A DNA stretch of 64,000 nt from Candidatus Levyibacteriota bacterium (GTDB lineage Bacteria > Patescibacteriota > Microgenomatia > Levybacterales > UBA12049): the NCBI GenBank assembly GCA_963722305.1, contig CAVRKE010000001.1:437549-501548 (forward strand), read 5' to 3'. Shown here piece by piece: positions 47,782 through 56,381 of the stretch. Below the pieces are notes generated by a model. That model saw nothing but the letters and a program-made list of their open reading frames with translations. It did no database searches and had not been told where the DNA came from. Every line of letters starts with the position of its first letter. Within the stretch, counting starts at the first letter, position 1. The translations under genes were made by a program, and so were the position numbers.

Positions 47782-48585
47782 ATGGAACAAAATATTGTCC
47801 TGAGTCCTGAACCGTTAGCGCCCGTCCAGCCGGCTCCTCAATCAACGCAAACTCTTGAATCAAAAAATCCCCTTTCCAGGTGGTTACTTATTTTTACCGG
47901 CCTTGTTCTCTTGGCTATTCTTTTTTCAGGAGTTTACTTCTTAGGCATTTATCAGGGAATGAACCAAAAACCAACCTCAAAAACCCCGATTGCTCAAGCC
48001 GTAGCTAAAACCACACCAACCCCAACTTTGATACCACTAGCAACAACTTCGGAAACACTGACCGCTACCGACACCGCCGGTTGGAAAACGTATACATCAA
48101 GTTCCGAGGGCTTGAGCTTTAAATACCCTCAAGAGTGGACGCTGGATGACGTTCCTTGCGTAAATGCAGCTACTCAACAGAAAGCCGAATGCGTTCAGCT
48201 ACACTCACCTAAGGATAAAAACGGTGTGCCGATGACGGTATATTATCAATACAATGATCCGGGTCAAGATTATGCCGGAGGACTTAAAGTCGAAGAAATT
48301 CAATCATTAAATGTTACAAACAGTAAAAAACCTTTATTTCTAATTATTGCTTCGGATCAAGGTGATCAAACAAGTCAAATTATTTTATATGATAAACAAG
48401 TTTCCTTAGGCGATACAATTTCTAATTTAGCAATTACCAGCCAAACAAATAATTCCGTGTTAATTAAAATGATTGCGTATCTTCAGACAGGAGTCCAAAA
48501 TTCTTTGCCATACACCCTAACGGAACTGAAAAGTCATCCCTATTATAATGACGCAATAGCTATTTTTAAAAGTCTCTCGTATTGA
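47782..48585 (+). CDS. Pro-rich single-pass membrane protein, member 2
   Basis: Same architecture (PLAPVQPAPQ..., TM, TPTPTLIPLATTS, then WKTYTSSSEGLSFKYPQEW). Confidence 0.4.
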   Translation: MEQNIVLSPEPLAPVQPAPQSTQTLESKNPLSRWLLIFTGLVLLAILFSGVYFLGIYQGMNQKPTSKTPIAQAVAKTTPTPTLIPLATTSETLTATDTAGWKTYTSSSEGLSFKYPQEWTLDDVPCVNAATQQKAECVQLHSPKDKNGVPMTVYYQYNDPGQDYAGGLKVEEIQSLNVTNSKKPLFLIIASDQGDQTSQIILYDKQVSLGDTISNLAITSQTNNSVLIKMIAYLQTGVQNSLPYTLTELKSHPYYNDAIAIFKSLSY

Positions 48586-49391
48586 CTGAAACTTTAAATT
48601 TATACCGTATGGAAAACCAAACGCAACCAACAATTCAACCGCTTACGCCGGTTCAACCCCCGGCTCCTCAGCCGTCTGAACCGCCGATGAAACTCAAAAA
48701 ACCGCTGCCGAGATTACCGTTGATAATTACCGCTGTTATGCTGGTTTTGGCCATTTCTCTGCCGTTTGGCGGCTATTTATTGTTGGGAAGACTAGGTATT
48801 CATCCAAAACCGTCAACCGTAACTATCAAAATAACCGCTCCAAGCCCAACTCCTACCTCAATTAAAAATCTAGGGAAAATTTCAGTTATTTCATTGAATC
48901 CTAAGTCGACTTCATCAGGTTCATGGAAAACATATACCAATACCGAATTTGGCTTCGCAATAAAATATCCCGCGCAAGGAGATATCGTACTAAATATACC
49001 CGATAGTGCGTATAATCCCGATAAAACTTACATTGGTGATTGTGGGGACACTATAAAAGAAACCACAGATCCAATCCTTACTCATGTAAGTATTGACAGC
49101 CTTTTTACTATAGCAATTTACAATTCAACAAAATCGATAGCTGACTGGATTAAAGATCAACCTGTGGATTTTAGGCCAGATTTATCTTATTACATACCCT
49201 TTTCCGGCGTTAATGCCGATGAGGCCTACCGTGAAAAAACAGGTCTCAGTTTAATGAATTTCGCGTTTTATAGAAAAAACAACCACATTATTATCCTATC
49301 TAATGTTCAAAATCTGGCAGATGGATGCATAAACTACGACACAAAAATATATAACTGGGATATCCCAACTAGTTTTAAATTCGTCCAGTAG
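48582..49391 (+). CDS. Pro-rich single-pass membrane protein, member 3
   Basis: Same architecture (QPLTPVQPPAPQPSEPP..., TM, APSPTPTS, then WKTYTNTEFGFAIKYP). Confidence 0.4.
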   Translation: MTETLNLYRMENQTQPTIQPLTPVQPPAPQPSEPPMKLKKPLPRLPLIITAVMLVLAISLPFGGYLLLGRLGIHPKPSTVTIKITAPSPTPTSIKNLGKISVISLNPKSTSSGSWKTYTNTEFGFAIKYPAQGDIVLNIPDSAYNPDKTYIGDCGDTIKETTDPILTHVSIDSLFTIAIYNSTKSIADWIKDQPVDFRPDLSYYIPFSGVNADEAYREKTGLSLMNFAFYRKNNHIIILSNVQNLADGCINYDTKIYNWDIPTSFKFVQ

Positions 49392-49404
49392 TTTTCGCGG
49401 GGGC

Positions 49405-51531
49405 TTATTCCTCCGAAGCGGTAGGTTGTGCGGAAGCTCCTGCTGTTTTTTCTTTTAATTTATCCTGACTTTTTCCCTCGACTGCGCTCGGGATTTCGCT
49501 TCGCTCAACTTTTGGATTCTTAATATCTTCTAACTTCCAGGCGGCGAAGGTACATTTTGGGTAATTAGAACAACCATAAAATCGGCGGCCTTTTTTAGTC
49601 TTTTTGAGTATAATTTTTGCACCATCTTTGGGGCAGATTAAGTTAGTTTCTACCACAAAAGGCTTGGTAAATTTGCAGGCCGGAAAGTTTTCGCAAGCCA
49701 GGAATTTCCCAAATCGACCGATTCTAATTATCAAATGTCCTTGGTCTTGCGGACAAATTTCGTCAGTCTTCTCCACCTCAATCTTAACCCGAGCCGCATC
49801 TTTAACGTTTTCCAAAGTTTGGGCAAACGGCGTATAAAATTCTTTAATTACCGGCACCCATTTTTTTTCGCCGCTAGCAATTTGGTCCAAACCGTCTTCC
49901 ATTGCGGCAGTAAACGGAATATCATCAACGGTTGAAAAATTGGCTACCAGAAAATCATTAACCGCAATTCCTACCGTTGTCGGTTGGAACCTTCCTTCAA
50001 CTCTTTCGATATATTGCCTGCCCTCAATCGTTGAAATAATCGTGGCGTAAGTTGAGGGCCGGCCAATTCCCTCTTCCTCCAAAGCGGCGATTAAAGACGC
50101 ATCGTTATACCTTGGCGGCGGTAGAGTTTCATGCTCTTTTTCTTCGATTTTTGAGGCTGATAAAACATCTGCAACTGCAAATTCAGGCAAGATGTTATCA
50201 TTTAAAGCCTGAACATTTACTTTGAGGAATCCGTCGAAAATCAGCACCGAACCGTTGGCTTTTAGTCTGTAAACTTTATTTTCGCTGTCAACCATTACCG
50301 TTGTCGACTCCACCACGGCATCGCTCATTTGCGACGCTACCGCCCTTCTCCAAATTAGCTCGTAAATTTTAGCGTAATCCCTGCCAATTTGAGTAGCCAC
50401 TTCTTCGGTTAAAACCTGCACTTTTGTTGGCCTAATTGCTTCGTGTGCTTCCTGCGCTAATTTTTGTTTGGCCTTGTAAAATCTTGAGCTTTCGGGAATA
50501 TATTTGCCGCCGTAAGTTTTGGCAACATAATTTCTAATTGACGTAACCGCCGATTGAGCCATCGAAACCGAATCGGTTCTATGGTAAGTAATGTAACCTT
50601 CTTCGTACAGTTTTTGCGCCAAACTCATGGTGCGCTTGCCGGAAAAACCGAATCTTCGCGAAGCATCTTGTTGTAAGGTTGAGGTCGTAAACGGCGCCAA
50701 AGGTGCTCGTTTGCTTTCTTTCTTGAGGACATCGGCCACAATCAGTTTTTGAGTAGACAGATCCGCAACAATCTGCTTGGCTTTTTCTAAATTGTCAATT
50801 GTGGTTTTGCTAAAAGTATATTCGCCGTCATAAAGTTTGAGCTTTTCGGAAATTTCAATTTTACTCTGATTGATTTCGATTAGCTCAAACTCCGTTCCTT
50901 CAGATTTGAGATTTGGGATTTGGGATTTGGGATTTACCATCAGCGTACTGATAGTGTAGTATTTTTCCTTTTTAAACTTTTCGATTTCCCTTTCCCTTTC
51001 GACAATCAATCTTAAAGCCACCGACTGGACTCGGCCGGCAGACAGCCCACGTCTGACTTTTTGCCACAAAATTGGCGACAGTTTGTAACCAACCAATCTA
51101 TCCAAAACTCTGCGGGCGGTTTGGGCGTCAACCAAATTTACATCCACTTCCCGCGGGGTTTTTAGTGCTTCGTCAATTGCTTCTTTAGTGATTTCGTGGA
51201 AAACAATTCTTTGGAACTTTTTGCTCTTGTCTGCTTTTTGCAAAACGTCCTGAACATGCGCCGCAATCGCTTCTCCTTCTCTGTCAGGGTCGGTGGCCAG
51301 GATGATATTTTCGGCACTCTTTCCGGCGGCTTTTAATTCGGCTAAAACTTTTTTCTTATCCTCCATCATGACATATTCCGGCGTAAAATCATGCTCGACA
51401 TCAATCCCCAGGGTTGACTTTGGCAAATCCATAATATGCCCCATCGAAGCTTTAATTTGGTAATCCTCGCCTAAGAAACGCGAAATAGTTTTGGCTTTTG
51501 TTGGAGATTCGACTATTACCAAGTTTTTCAT
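49405..51531 (-). CDS. topA: DNA topoisomerase I
   Basis: TOPRIM N-terminus MKNLVIVESPTKAKTI, the GYITYHRTDS active-site Tyr region, and C-terminal C4 zinc ribbons (CPKDG...C..C, C...C). Confidence 0.9.
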   Translation of the reverse strand: MKNLVIVESPTKAKTISRFLGEDYQIKASMGHIMDLPKSTLGIDVEHDFTPEYVMMEDKKKVLAELKAAGKSAENIILATDPDREGEAIAAHVQDVLQKADKSKKFQRIVFHEITKEAIDEALKTPREVDVNLVDAQTARRVLDRLVGYKLSPILWQKVRRGLSAGRVQSVALRLIVEREREIEKFKKEKYYTISTLMVNPKSQIPNLKSEGTEFELIEINQSKIEISEKLKLYDGEYTFSKTTIDNLEKAKQIVADLSTQKLIVADVLKKESKRAPLAPFTTSTLQQDASRRFGFSGKRTMSLAQKLYEEGYITYHRTDSVSMAQSAVTSIRNYVAKTYGGKYIPESSRFYKAKQKLAQEAHEAIRPTKVQVLTEEVATQIGRDYAKIYELIWRRAVASQMSDAVVESTTVMVDSENKVYRLKANGSVLIFDGFLKVNVQALNDNILPEFAVADVLSASKIEEKEHETLPPPRYNDASLIAALEEEGIGRPSTYATIISTIEGRQYIERVEGRFQPTTVGIAVNDFLVANFSTVDDIPFTAAMEDGLDQIASGEKKWVPVIKEFYTPFAQTLENVKDAARVKIEVEKTDEICPQDQGHLIIRIGRFGKFLACENFPACKFTKPFVVETNLICPKDGAKIILKKTKKGRRFYGCSNYPKCTFAAWKLEDIKNPKVERSEIPSAVEGKSQDKLKEKTAGASAQPTASEE

Positions 51532-51664
51532 AATATGTTCTCTATGAACAAAATTGTAGTCTAAATTATACAGTAGTTGTCAAGAGGCAAACGCCACGCG
51601 ATGCTGGGCGCGGAGCGCGGCACGCATCAAGGGTCAAAAAATTTTGACCCGCAGATCCTGAGCG

Positions 51665-52873
51665 TTAGCGAATGGATTGAAAAAGGCCGTCGGAGTTTTT
51701 GATGATTCCTTTTATTTCCATCATCGAAAGCAAACTGCCAATTTGAGATGGATCGAGATTTGAGCGCCTGACGATTTCGTCAAAACCGAGTCCTTCGTTT
51801 TCCAATAGTTGCATTATTCTGAGTTCATTTTTTGATAGATTCTGAAACTTCGGGTTTGTTTTTTCCATTCTTAATTCATAATTCTTAATTCCTAATTCTT
51901 TTTGAATGTCCTGCGCGGACGTCACCAACTTTGCTCCCTTCTCTATTAATTTAAGTGGTGCGACTGATAATGAAGAAGTCACCGGCCCCGGCACCGCAAA
52001 CACCGGACGGTGAATTTTGAACGCCTCATCGGCCGTAATTAATGCTCCGCTGTCAATTGCTCCTTCGGTTACCAAAACTCCGTCCGAGATGCCGGCCACA
52101 ATCCTATTTCGGGCCGGAAACGAACCCATTGAAGGCGGCTCTCCCGGCTTATATTCCGAAACCACTGCCCCACCGCAATCCAAAATTTCTTCGTAAAGTT
52201 TTTGGTTTTCTCGGGGGTATGCCATATCTACACCGTTTCCTAAAACAGCAATCGTTTTCCCGTGTGCGTTGATGGCTGACTGATGTGCCACACCATCTAC
52301 GCCATAAGCCATTCCCGAAACAATCGTTAAACCGGCTCTGGCTAAATCTCCTGCGAACATTTCGGTAATTTCTCTACCGTAGTTGGTAATACGCCTTGTC
52401 CCGACGATTGCAATGAAAAGAGAATTTTTATTGGCGCGGGAAGATACAAAATTTTCGCTGCTTTCATTCGAACCTTCAGACTTCAGGTTTAACTTTTTAG
52501 AACCTTGAGCTGAAAGCGAGAAAATTTTCGTATCGACCTCAGCGCCACGAAAAATATTAATGTTCCCTTTTGCGTATAAGCCAATTGGCGGATTGGGAAT
52601 TTGTTTAAGAAGCGGCGGGTATTCTGCGTCGAGAAGGCAGATGAATTTGATTTTTTGTTTTTGAAGCCTTAACTGATATTCTGCAAAATTAAACTGTTCT
52701 CGAAACTGGGTAAATTTTGCTGTAAGAGCCGGTTTTAGAATATCGATTAGTTTTGACTCGTCTGCCTTCCAGGCATTTCCCAATGAACCGAAATTCTTAA
52801 GCAACAAATCCAGTTTTTTCGGCCCAATCCCCGGCGCTTGAGAAAATCCTAAATAATATTCTTGTTCGCTCAT
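51665..52873 (-). CDS. dprA: DNA-processing protein DprA (Smf) with an in-frame MITE-like insertion
   Basis: The true N-terminus is MSEQEYYLGFSQAPGIGPKK; the ORF track starts 29 codons earlier. Rossmann-like core GTRRITNYGREITEMFAGDLARAGLTIVSGMAYGVDGVAHQ. The insertion ...SEGSNESSENFVSSRANKNS is encoded by repeat copy 52434..52545. Confidence 0.85.
   Translation of the reverse strand: MSEQEYYLGFSQAPGIGPKKLDLLLKNFGSLGNAWKADESKLIDILKPALTAKFTQFREQFNFAEYQLRLQKQKIKFICLLDAEYPPLLKQIPNPPIGLYAKGNINIFRGAEVDTKIFSLSAQGSKKLNLKSEGSNESSENFVSSRANKNSLFIAIVGTRRITNYGREITEMFAGDLARAGLTIVSGMAYGVDGVAHQSAINAHGKTIAVLGNGVDMAYPRENQKLYEEILDCGGAVVSEYKPGEPPSMGSFPARNRIVAGISDGVLVTEGAIDSGALITADEAFKIHRPVFAVPGPVTSSLSVAPLKLIEKGAKLVTSAQDIQKELGIKNYELRMEKTNPKFQNLSKNELRIMQLLENEGLGFDEIVRRSNLDPSQIGSLLSMMEIKGIIKNSDGLFQSIR
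52434..52545. repeat. MITE-like dispersed repeat, copy F; in-frame inside dprA
   Basis: GCGCGGGAAGATACAAAATTTTCG...GAAAATTTTCGTATCGACCTCAGCGC, with both termini intact. Confidence 0.7.
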
Positions 52874-52940
52874 TAGACTTATGATATACGATTTAAGATT
52901 TATGAACAAATATAGTCTGGTAGGTTCTAAAACGAAGTGC

Positions 52941-54004
52941 AACACTTGAGGTAAAATCAATTACCGAAAGGAGGTGTTGCGCTATGTATAATCATTTAAC
53001 TCTTGTAGAGCGGGAAGAGCTTTATGCGCTTAAGCATGCAGGACTAAGTCTGGGAGATATTGCAGATAAATTAGGACGAAACAAAGGCACTCTGTCTCGT
53101 GAACTCAAAAGAAACAGAACATATACCAAGGGATTGGAGAAAACTTCAGCCGTATATATTCCCTGCCGTGCACAACAAAAAGCTGATAAGAGAGCAGCTA
53201 TTCAACGCTCTCAAGCATCCTGGAAAGGACCGGAGGTCTACTCTTATGTTAAAAAGAAACTAATAGAGAAACAGTGGTCTCCTGAAACAATTGCCGGAAG
53301 ATTGTCAAAAGATCATCCCGATCTTTCAATTGTCCATGAAACTATTTATCAGGCAATCTACAAACCACAGAACAAGCAATTTAAGCTCTGGCAATATCTA
53401 ACAGTAAAACGCAAGAAAAGAATGAAAAAGCTGGGAAGAAGGGTTAATAGAGATAGCCGTATTCCTGAAGCTATTTCGATTGATAGTAGACCCAAATCGA
53501 TTGACACAAGATTACAACTTGGCCATTGGGAGACAGATAATGTGATAGGCCGCCAAACTGACAAGACTGCCCTGTCAGTAACGGTTGAAAGAAAACTAAG
53601 GCTTACTGTTATGTCAAAGCTAGCTGCTAAAACAGCAGATGAAAAAACTAAGAAACTGTTTGCTAGAATGAGTCGTTTTCCTGACAAAATCAGAAAAACT
53701 CTGACTGCTGACAATGGAGCTGAAAATACCAAACATAAACAAATTACGGAGAGCTTAGACATGTCTGTATATTTCTGTCATGCATATCACTCCTGGGAAA
53801 AAGGAACGGTTGAAAATATGAATGGAAGAATCAGGCGTTTTATTCCTAAAGGCATAAGCATGGATCTAATTACCGAAAGAGACGTTGCTTTAATTGAATG
53901 GGAACTGAATAATACGCCCAGAAAATGTTTGGATTGGAAAACACCACTTGAAGTTTTAGGAGAAATCATGCAGAATACAAAAACCTCAAATCGTTGCACT
54001 TCGA
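52941..54004 (+). mobile_element. IS30-family insertion sequence
   Basis: Terminal inverted repeats CGAAGTGCAACACTTGAGGT (52943..52962) and the reverse complement of AACCTCAAATCGTTGCACTTCG (53977..54002) bracket the transposase gene. Confidence 0.6.
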
Positions 54005-54009
54005 GCTAG
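52984..54009 (+). CDS. IS30-family transposase
   Basis: N-terminal HTH (LTLVEREELYALKHAGLSLGDIADKLGRNKGTLSRELKRNR) and a DDE core with HWETDNVIG. Confidence 0.85.
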   Translation: MYNHLTLVEREELYALKHAGLSLGDIADKLGRNKGTLSRELKRNRTYTKGLEKTSAVYIPCRAQQKADKRAAIQRSQASWKGPEVYSYVKKKLIEKQWSPETIAGRLSKDHPDLSIVHETIYQAIYKPQNKQFKLWQYLTVKRKKRMKKLGRRVNRDSRIPEAISIDSRPKSIDTRLQLGHWETDNVIGRQTDKTALSVTVERKLRLTVMSKLAAKTADEKTKKLFARMSRFPDKIRKTLTADNGAENTKHKQITESLDMSVYFCHAYHSWEKGTVENMNGRIRRFIPKGISMDLITERDVALIEWELNNTPRKCLDWKTPLEVLGEIMQNTKTSNRCTSS

Positions 54010-54022
54010 AATGTACCTCTGC

Positions 54023-54051
54023 TTGACAGCTAAAATTGTTAACCCTATAAT
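54023..54051 (+). promoter_or_regulatory. Consensus sigma70-type promoter TTGACA-N17-TATAAT driving the 54058 small gene
   Basis: TTGACA at 54023..54028, a 17-nt spacer, TATAAT at 54046..54051. The start codon is 7 nt downstream. Confidence 0.55.
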
Positions 54052-54057
54052 ATTGGA

Positions 54058-54480
54058 ATGGAAGAAGGCCAACCTTATCCAAGTGCTTATGATCGGGGCA
54101 AAACACATAGTATACAAGCAAGGACAATTGAACATAACAATATGGCAGTTGGCAGTCTCCCCAACATCATCCGCTATGTTTCAAGAAGAGATGAAATCAG
54201 GGTTCTCCCACCAAAAATTTTGTCAGAATTTATAAGTGTAGGCGGAGCCCCTCTTTTTGAAGTAACTTTAAAACACGGATATTTTCAAAGAGAAACGTCT
54301 CTATGCTTAACTTCTACGGAAATTGTAAGATTGGTAGGTTGGGTTGACCAAGGCCGTAGTTGGCGAACAAACAAGGGCTTTTTAAGAGTACAACGAGTTT
54401 CCGATGCTATTGTAGAAAGAATCAGGCGTACTCCTGGTATTGTAAATTTCGATGAACATGCCCCTCTCGGCAATCCTTAA
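54058..54480 (+). CDS. Small hypothetical protein (140 aa); paralog of 55772..56212
   Basis: Shares GG(A/L)PLF(E/N)VTL...E(I/L)...(R/K)L..WV..G..WR(T/S)...FL(R/K) with the 55772 protein, and a conserved downstream CTTTACTTCATTGACA box. Confidence 0.45.
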   Translation: MEEGQPYPSAYDRGKTHSIQARTIEHNNMAVGSLPNIIRYVSRRDEIRVLPPKILSEFISVGGAPLFEVTLKHGYFQRETSLCLTSTEIVRLVGWVDQGRSWRTNKGFLRVQRVSDAIVERIRRTPGIVNFDEHAPLGNP

Positions 54481-54671
54481 CCGTAGTGCAGAAAACCAAC
54501 ATCGTCATCAATCACTATGCATAAACCTTTACTTCATTGACAGAACCCCCCTTCACCACCGCAAACCCCAAATAATAATCCCGTTCTTCCATTAAATTAA
54601 TAATATATGATTTGCAATTCATGAACAATGCAACTGTATAAGTTACGAAACATATTCGACATTTCGTAACT

Positions 54672-55736
54672 ATGGATCATTACGCCAGAGCATACCCAAT
54701 CTTTAGTAGAATACGAGGACTTGAGGAGGTGAAAAAAGTGGTAGCAAGTCTTAAAAGGTTCTCTAAAGATGAAATAGCTAAAGAAAGACTTAGAATCATT
54801 GAGTTCTACGATCTACATGGCGAGAAAACAACACGTGAAGCATTTAAGGTTGGCAGAGATACTATTTGGATATGGAAGAAACGGTTAAAAGAGAGTCACA
54901 ATAGTATTTCCTCATTAATCCCAACACTAACAACGCCTAAAACCAGAAGAACTATGATAACTAACCCAAAGGTAATCTTGTATGTTAAATCCTTGCGGGA
55001 AAAACACCCAAGACTTGGAAAAGAGAAGATTAAACCTCTTTTAGATAAGTATTGTCTTAAAGAAGGACTTCCGGCTATAGAAGTATCAACCATCGGTAAG
55101 GTAATCAAGAGAAATAACTTCTTTTTTCAACAGTCAGGCAAGATTTACCATAATCCCGGTAGCGGCTTTGCTAAAAGAAAGAGAACAAGGCGAATAAGAG
55201 TAAGATATGCTCCTAAACCTACCAAGATAGGATATGTTGAAATGGACACTGTTTTAAGGTTTGTGGATGGTATTCGATACTACTTCTACCAGGCAGTTGA
55301 TGTTAAAGGTAAATTTGCCTTCTCCTTAATGTACAAACACTTAAATAGCCAGAATACGGTAGATTTCTTCAAGAAACTTGAGGTAGTGTATCCTTACAGG
55401 ATTAAGACTGTCCAAACAGATAATGGTCTTGAATTCCTGGGAGACTTTGAGGATTATCTTAAAAAGCATCAAATCTCCCAAGTATTTATCTATCCCCGCT
55501 GCTGTAGAATCAACGGGGTTGTGGAAAGATTCAATAGAACCATTCAGGAAGAGTTTATTGACAATAATCTGGAATACATCCATAACCCCGTACTTTTTAC
55601 TGGAAAACTGATTGATTATCTGATATTCTACAATACAGAAAGAGTGCATAAGTCTTTGGGGTTAATTTCTCCAATGGACCACCTCATTCTAAAAGAAGGA
55701 TTGTCGAATAACTCCGTAACCTATACAGCAACTTGA
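54672..55736 (+). CDS. IS481-family (rve integrase core) transposase
   Basis: N-terminal HTH plus DDE core VQTDNGLEFLG...ERFNRTIQEEF...YNTERVHKSLGLISP. Element termini were not confidently identified. Confidence 0.75.
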   Translation: MDHYARAYPIFSRIRGLEEVKKVVASLKRFSKDEIAKERLRIIEFYDLHGEKTTREAFKVGRDTIWIWKKRLKESHNSISSLIPTLTTPKTRRTMITNPKVILYVKSLREKHPRLGKEKIKPLLDKYCLKEGLPAIEVSTIGKVIKRNNFFFQQSGKIYHNPGSGFAKRKRTRRIRVRYAPKPTKIGYVEMDTVLRFVDGIRYYFYQAVDVKGKFAFSLMYKHLNSQNTVDFFKKLEVVYPYRIKTVQTDNGLEFLGDFEDYLKKHQISQVFIYPRCCRINGVVERFNRTIQEEFIDNNLEYIHNPVLFTGKLIDYLIFYNTERVHKSLGLISPMDHLILKEGLSNNSVTYTAT

Positions 55737-55761
55737 CAATTACATTCATCTCTGATATTAT
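55733..55761 (+). promoter_or_regulatory. Near-consensus promoter TTGACA-N17-TATTAT driving the second small gene
   Basis: The TTG of the -35 box was picked as the ORF start in the six-frame track. The more plausible start is the ATG at 55772. Confidence 0.5.
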
Positions 55762-55771
55762 AGGCCGCAAT

Positions 55772-56212
55772 ATGACAGACGGCCCATTTAAACCCTCTCC
55801 ACAAGATGTCGCCAACGCGGCAATATCTATTGATTTACAAAGAAGAATGGATACACACGATCAAATGGCAGGCCAATATCTTGGTGATACCATTTACACT
55901 CTCCAAGAAGGAATTATCGCTGTTGGGAAACCAAGCTTATTACCAACGAATTTATCATTTGGCGGCTTACCGTTATTCAATGTGACTTTAACCAGAACTA
56001 GAGAGAATCCTCAAGGCGGAGCACCCTTAATCGACTCTATTGAATTAACAGCTCCTAAAGTTTTACGACTGGCAGACTGGGTTGCTTATGGACTTGGTTG
56101 GCGAAGCGATGAACGATTTTTAAAAACCCTAACTGTCACCATGGGAATCTTAGCATCGGTGCGTCAAGCCGTTGGAGGAGATTCATCTGATTCAGCAGCC
56201 CCGCAGAATTAA
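55772..56212 (+). CDS. Small hypothetical protein (146 aa); paralog of 54058..54480
   Basis: See 54058..54480. Start reassigned to the internal Met (MTDGPFKP...). Confidence 0.45.
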   Translation: MTDGPFKPSPQDVANAAISIDLQRRMDTHDQMAGQYLGDTIYTLQEGIIAVGKPSLLPTNLSFGGLPLFNVTLTRTRENPQGGAPLIDSIELTAPKVLRLADWVAYGLGWRSDERFLKTLTVTMGILASVRQAVGGDSSDSAAPQN

Positions 56213-56381
56213 CAATCCTTCCTCGAGCTCATCGTTTTGTTCACAGGCTAGTTCATTCCCTATGTTCTATGGCTAAATTTTCTCCATGGAATTTACCCCC
56301 AATCCCGTCTTTACTTCATTGACAACAATCCCCCAAAAATGAAATACTAAGATTAACAAAAGCTCTGCCTTTTGATCCATT

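Noticed and set aside
56309-56350. Promoter for pilB in the conserved CTTTACTTCATTGACA box
   Set aside because: The TTGACA is clear but no convincing -10 hexamer lies at 16-19 nt spacing (AAATAC/TACTAA), so it is not listed as a feature. It is mentioned in the findings only.
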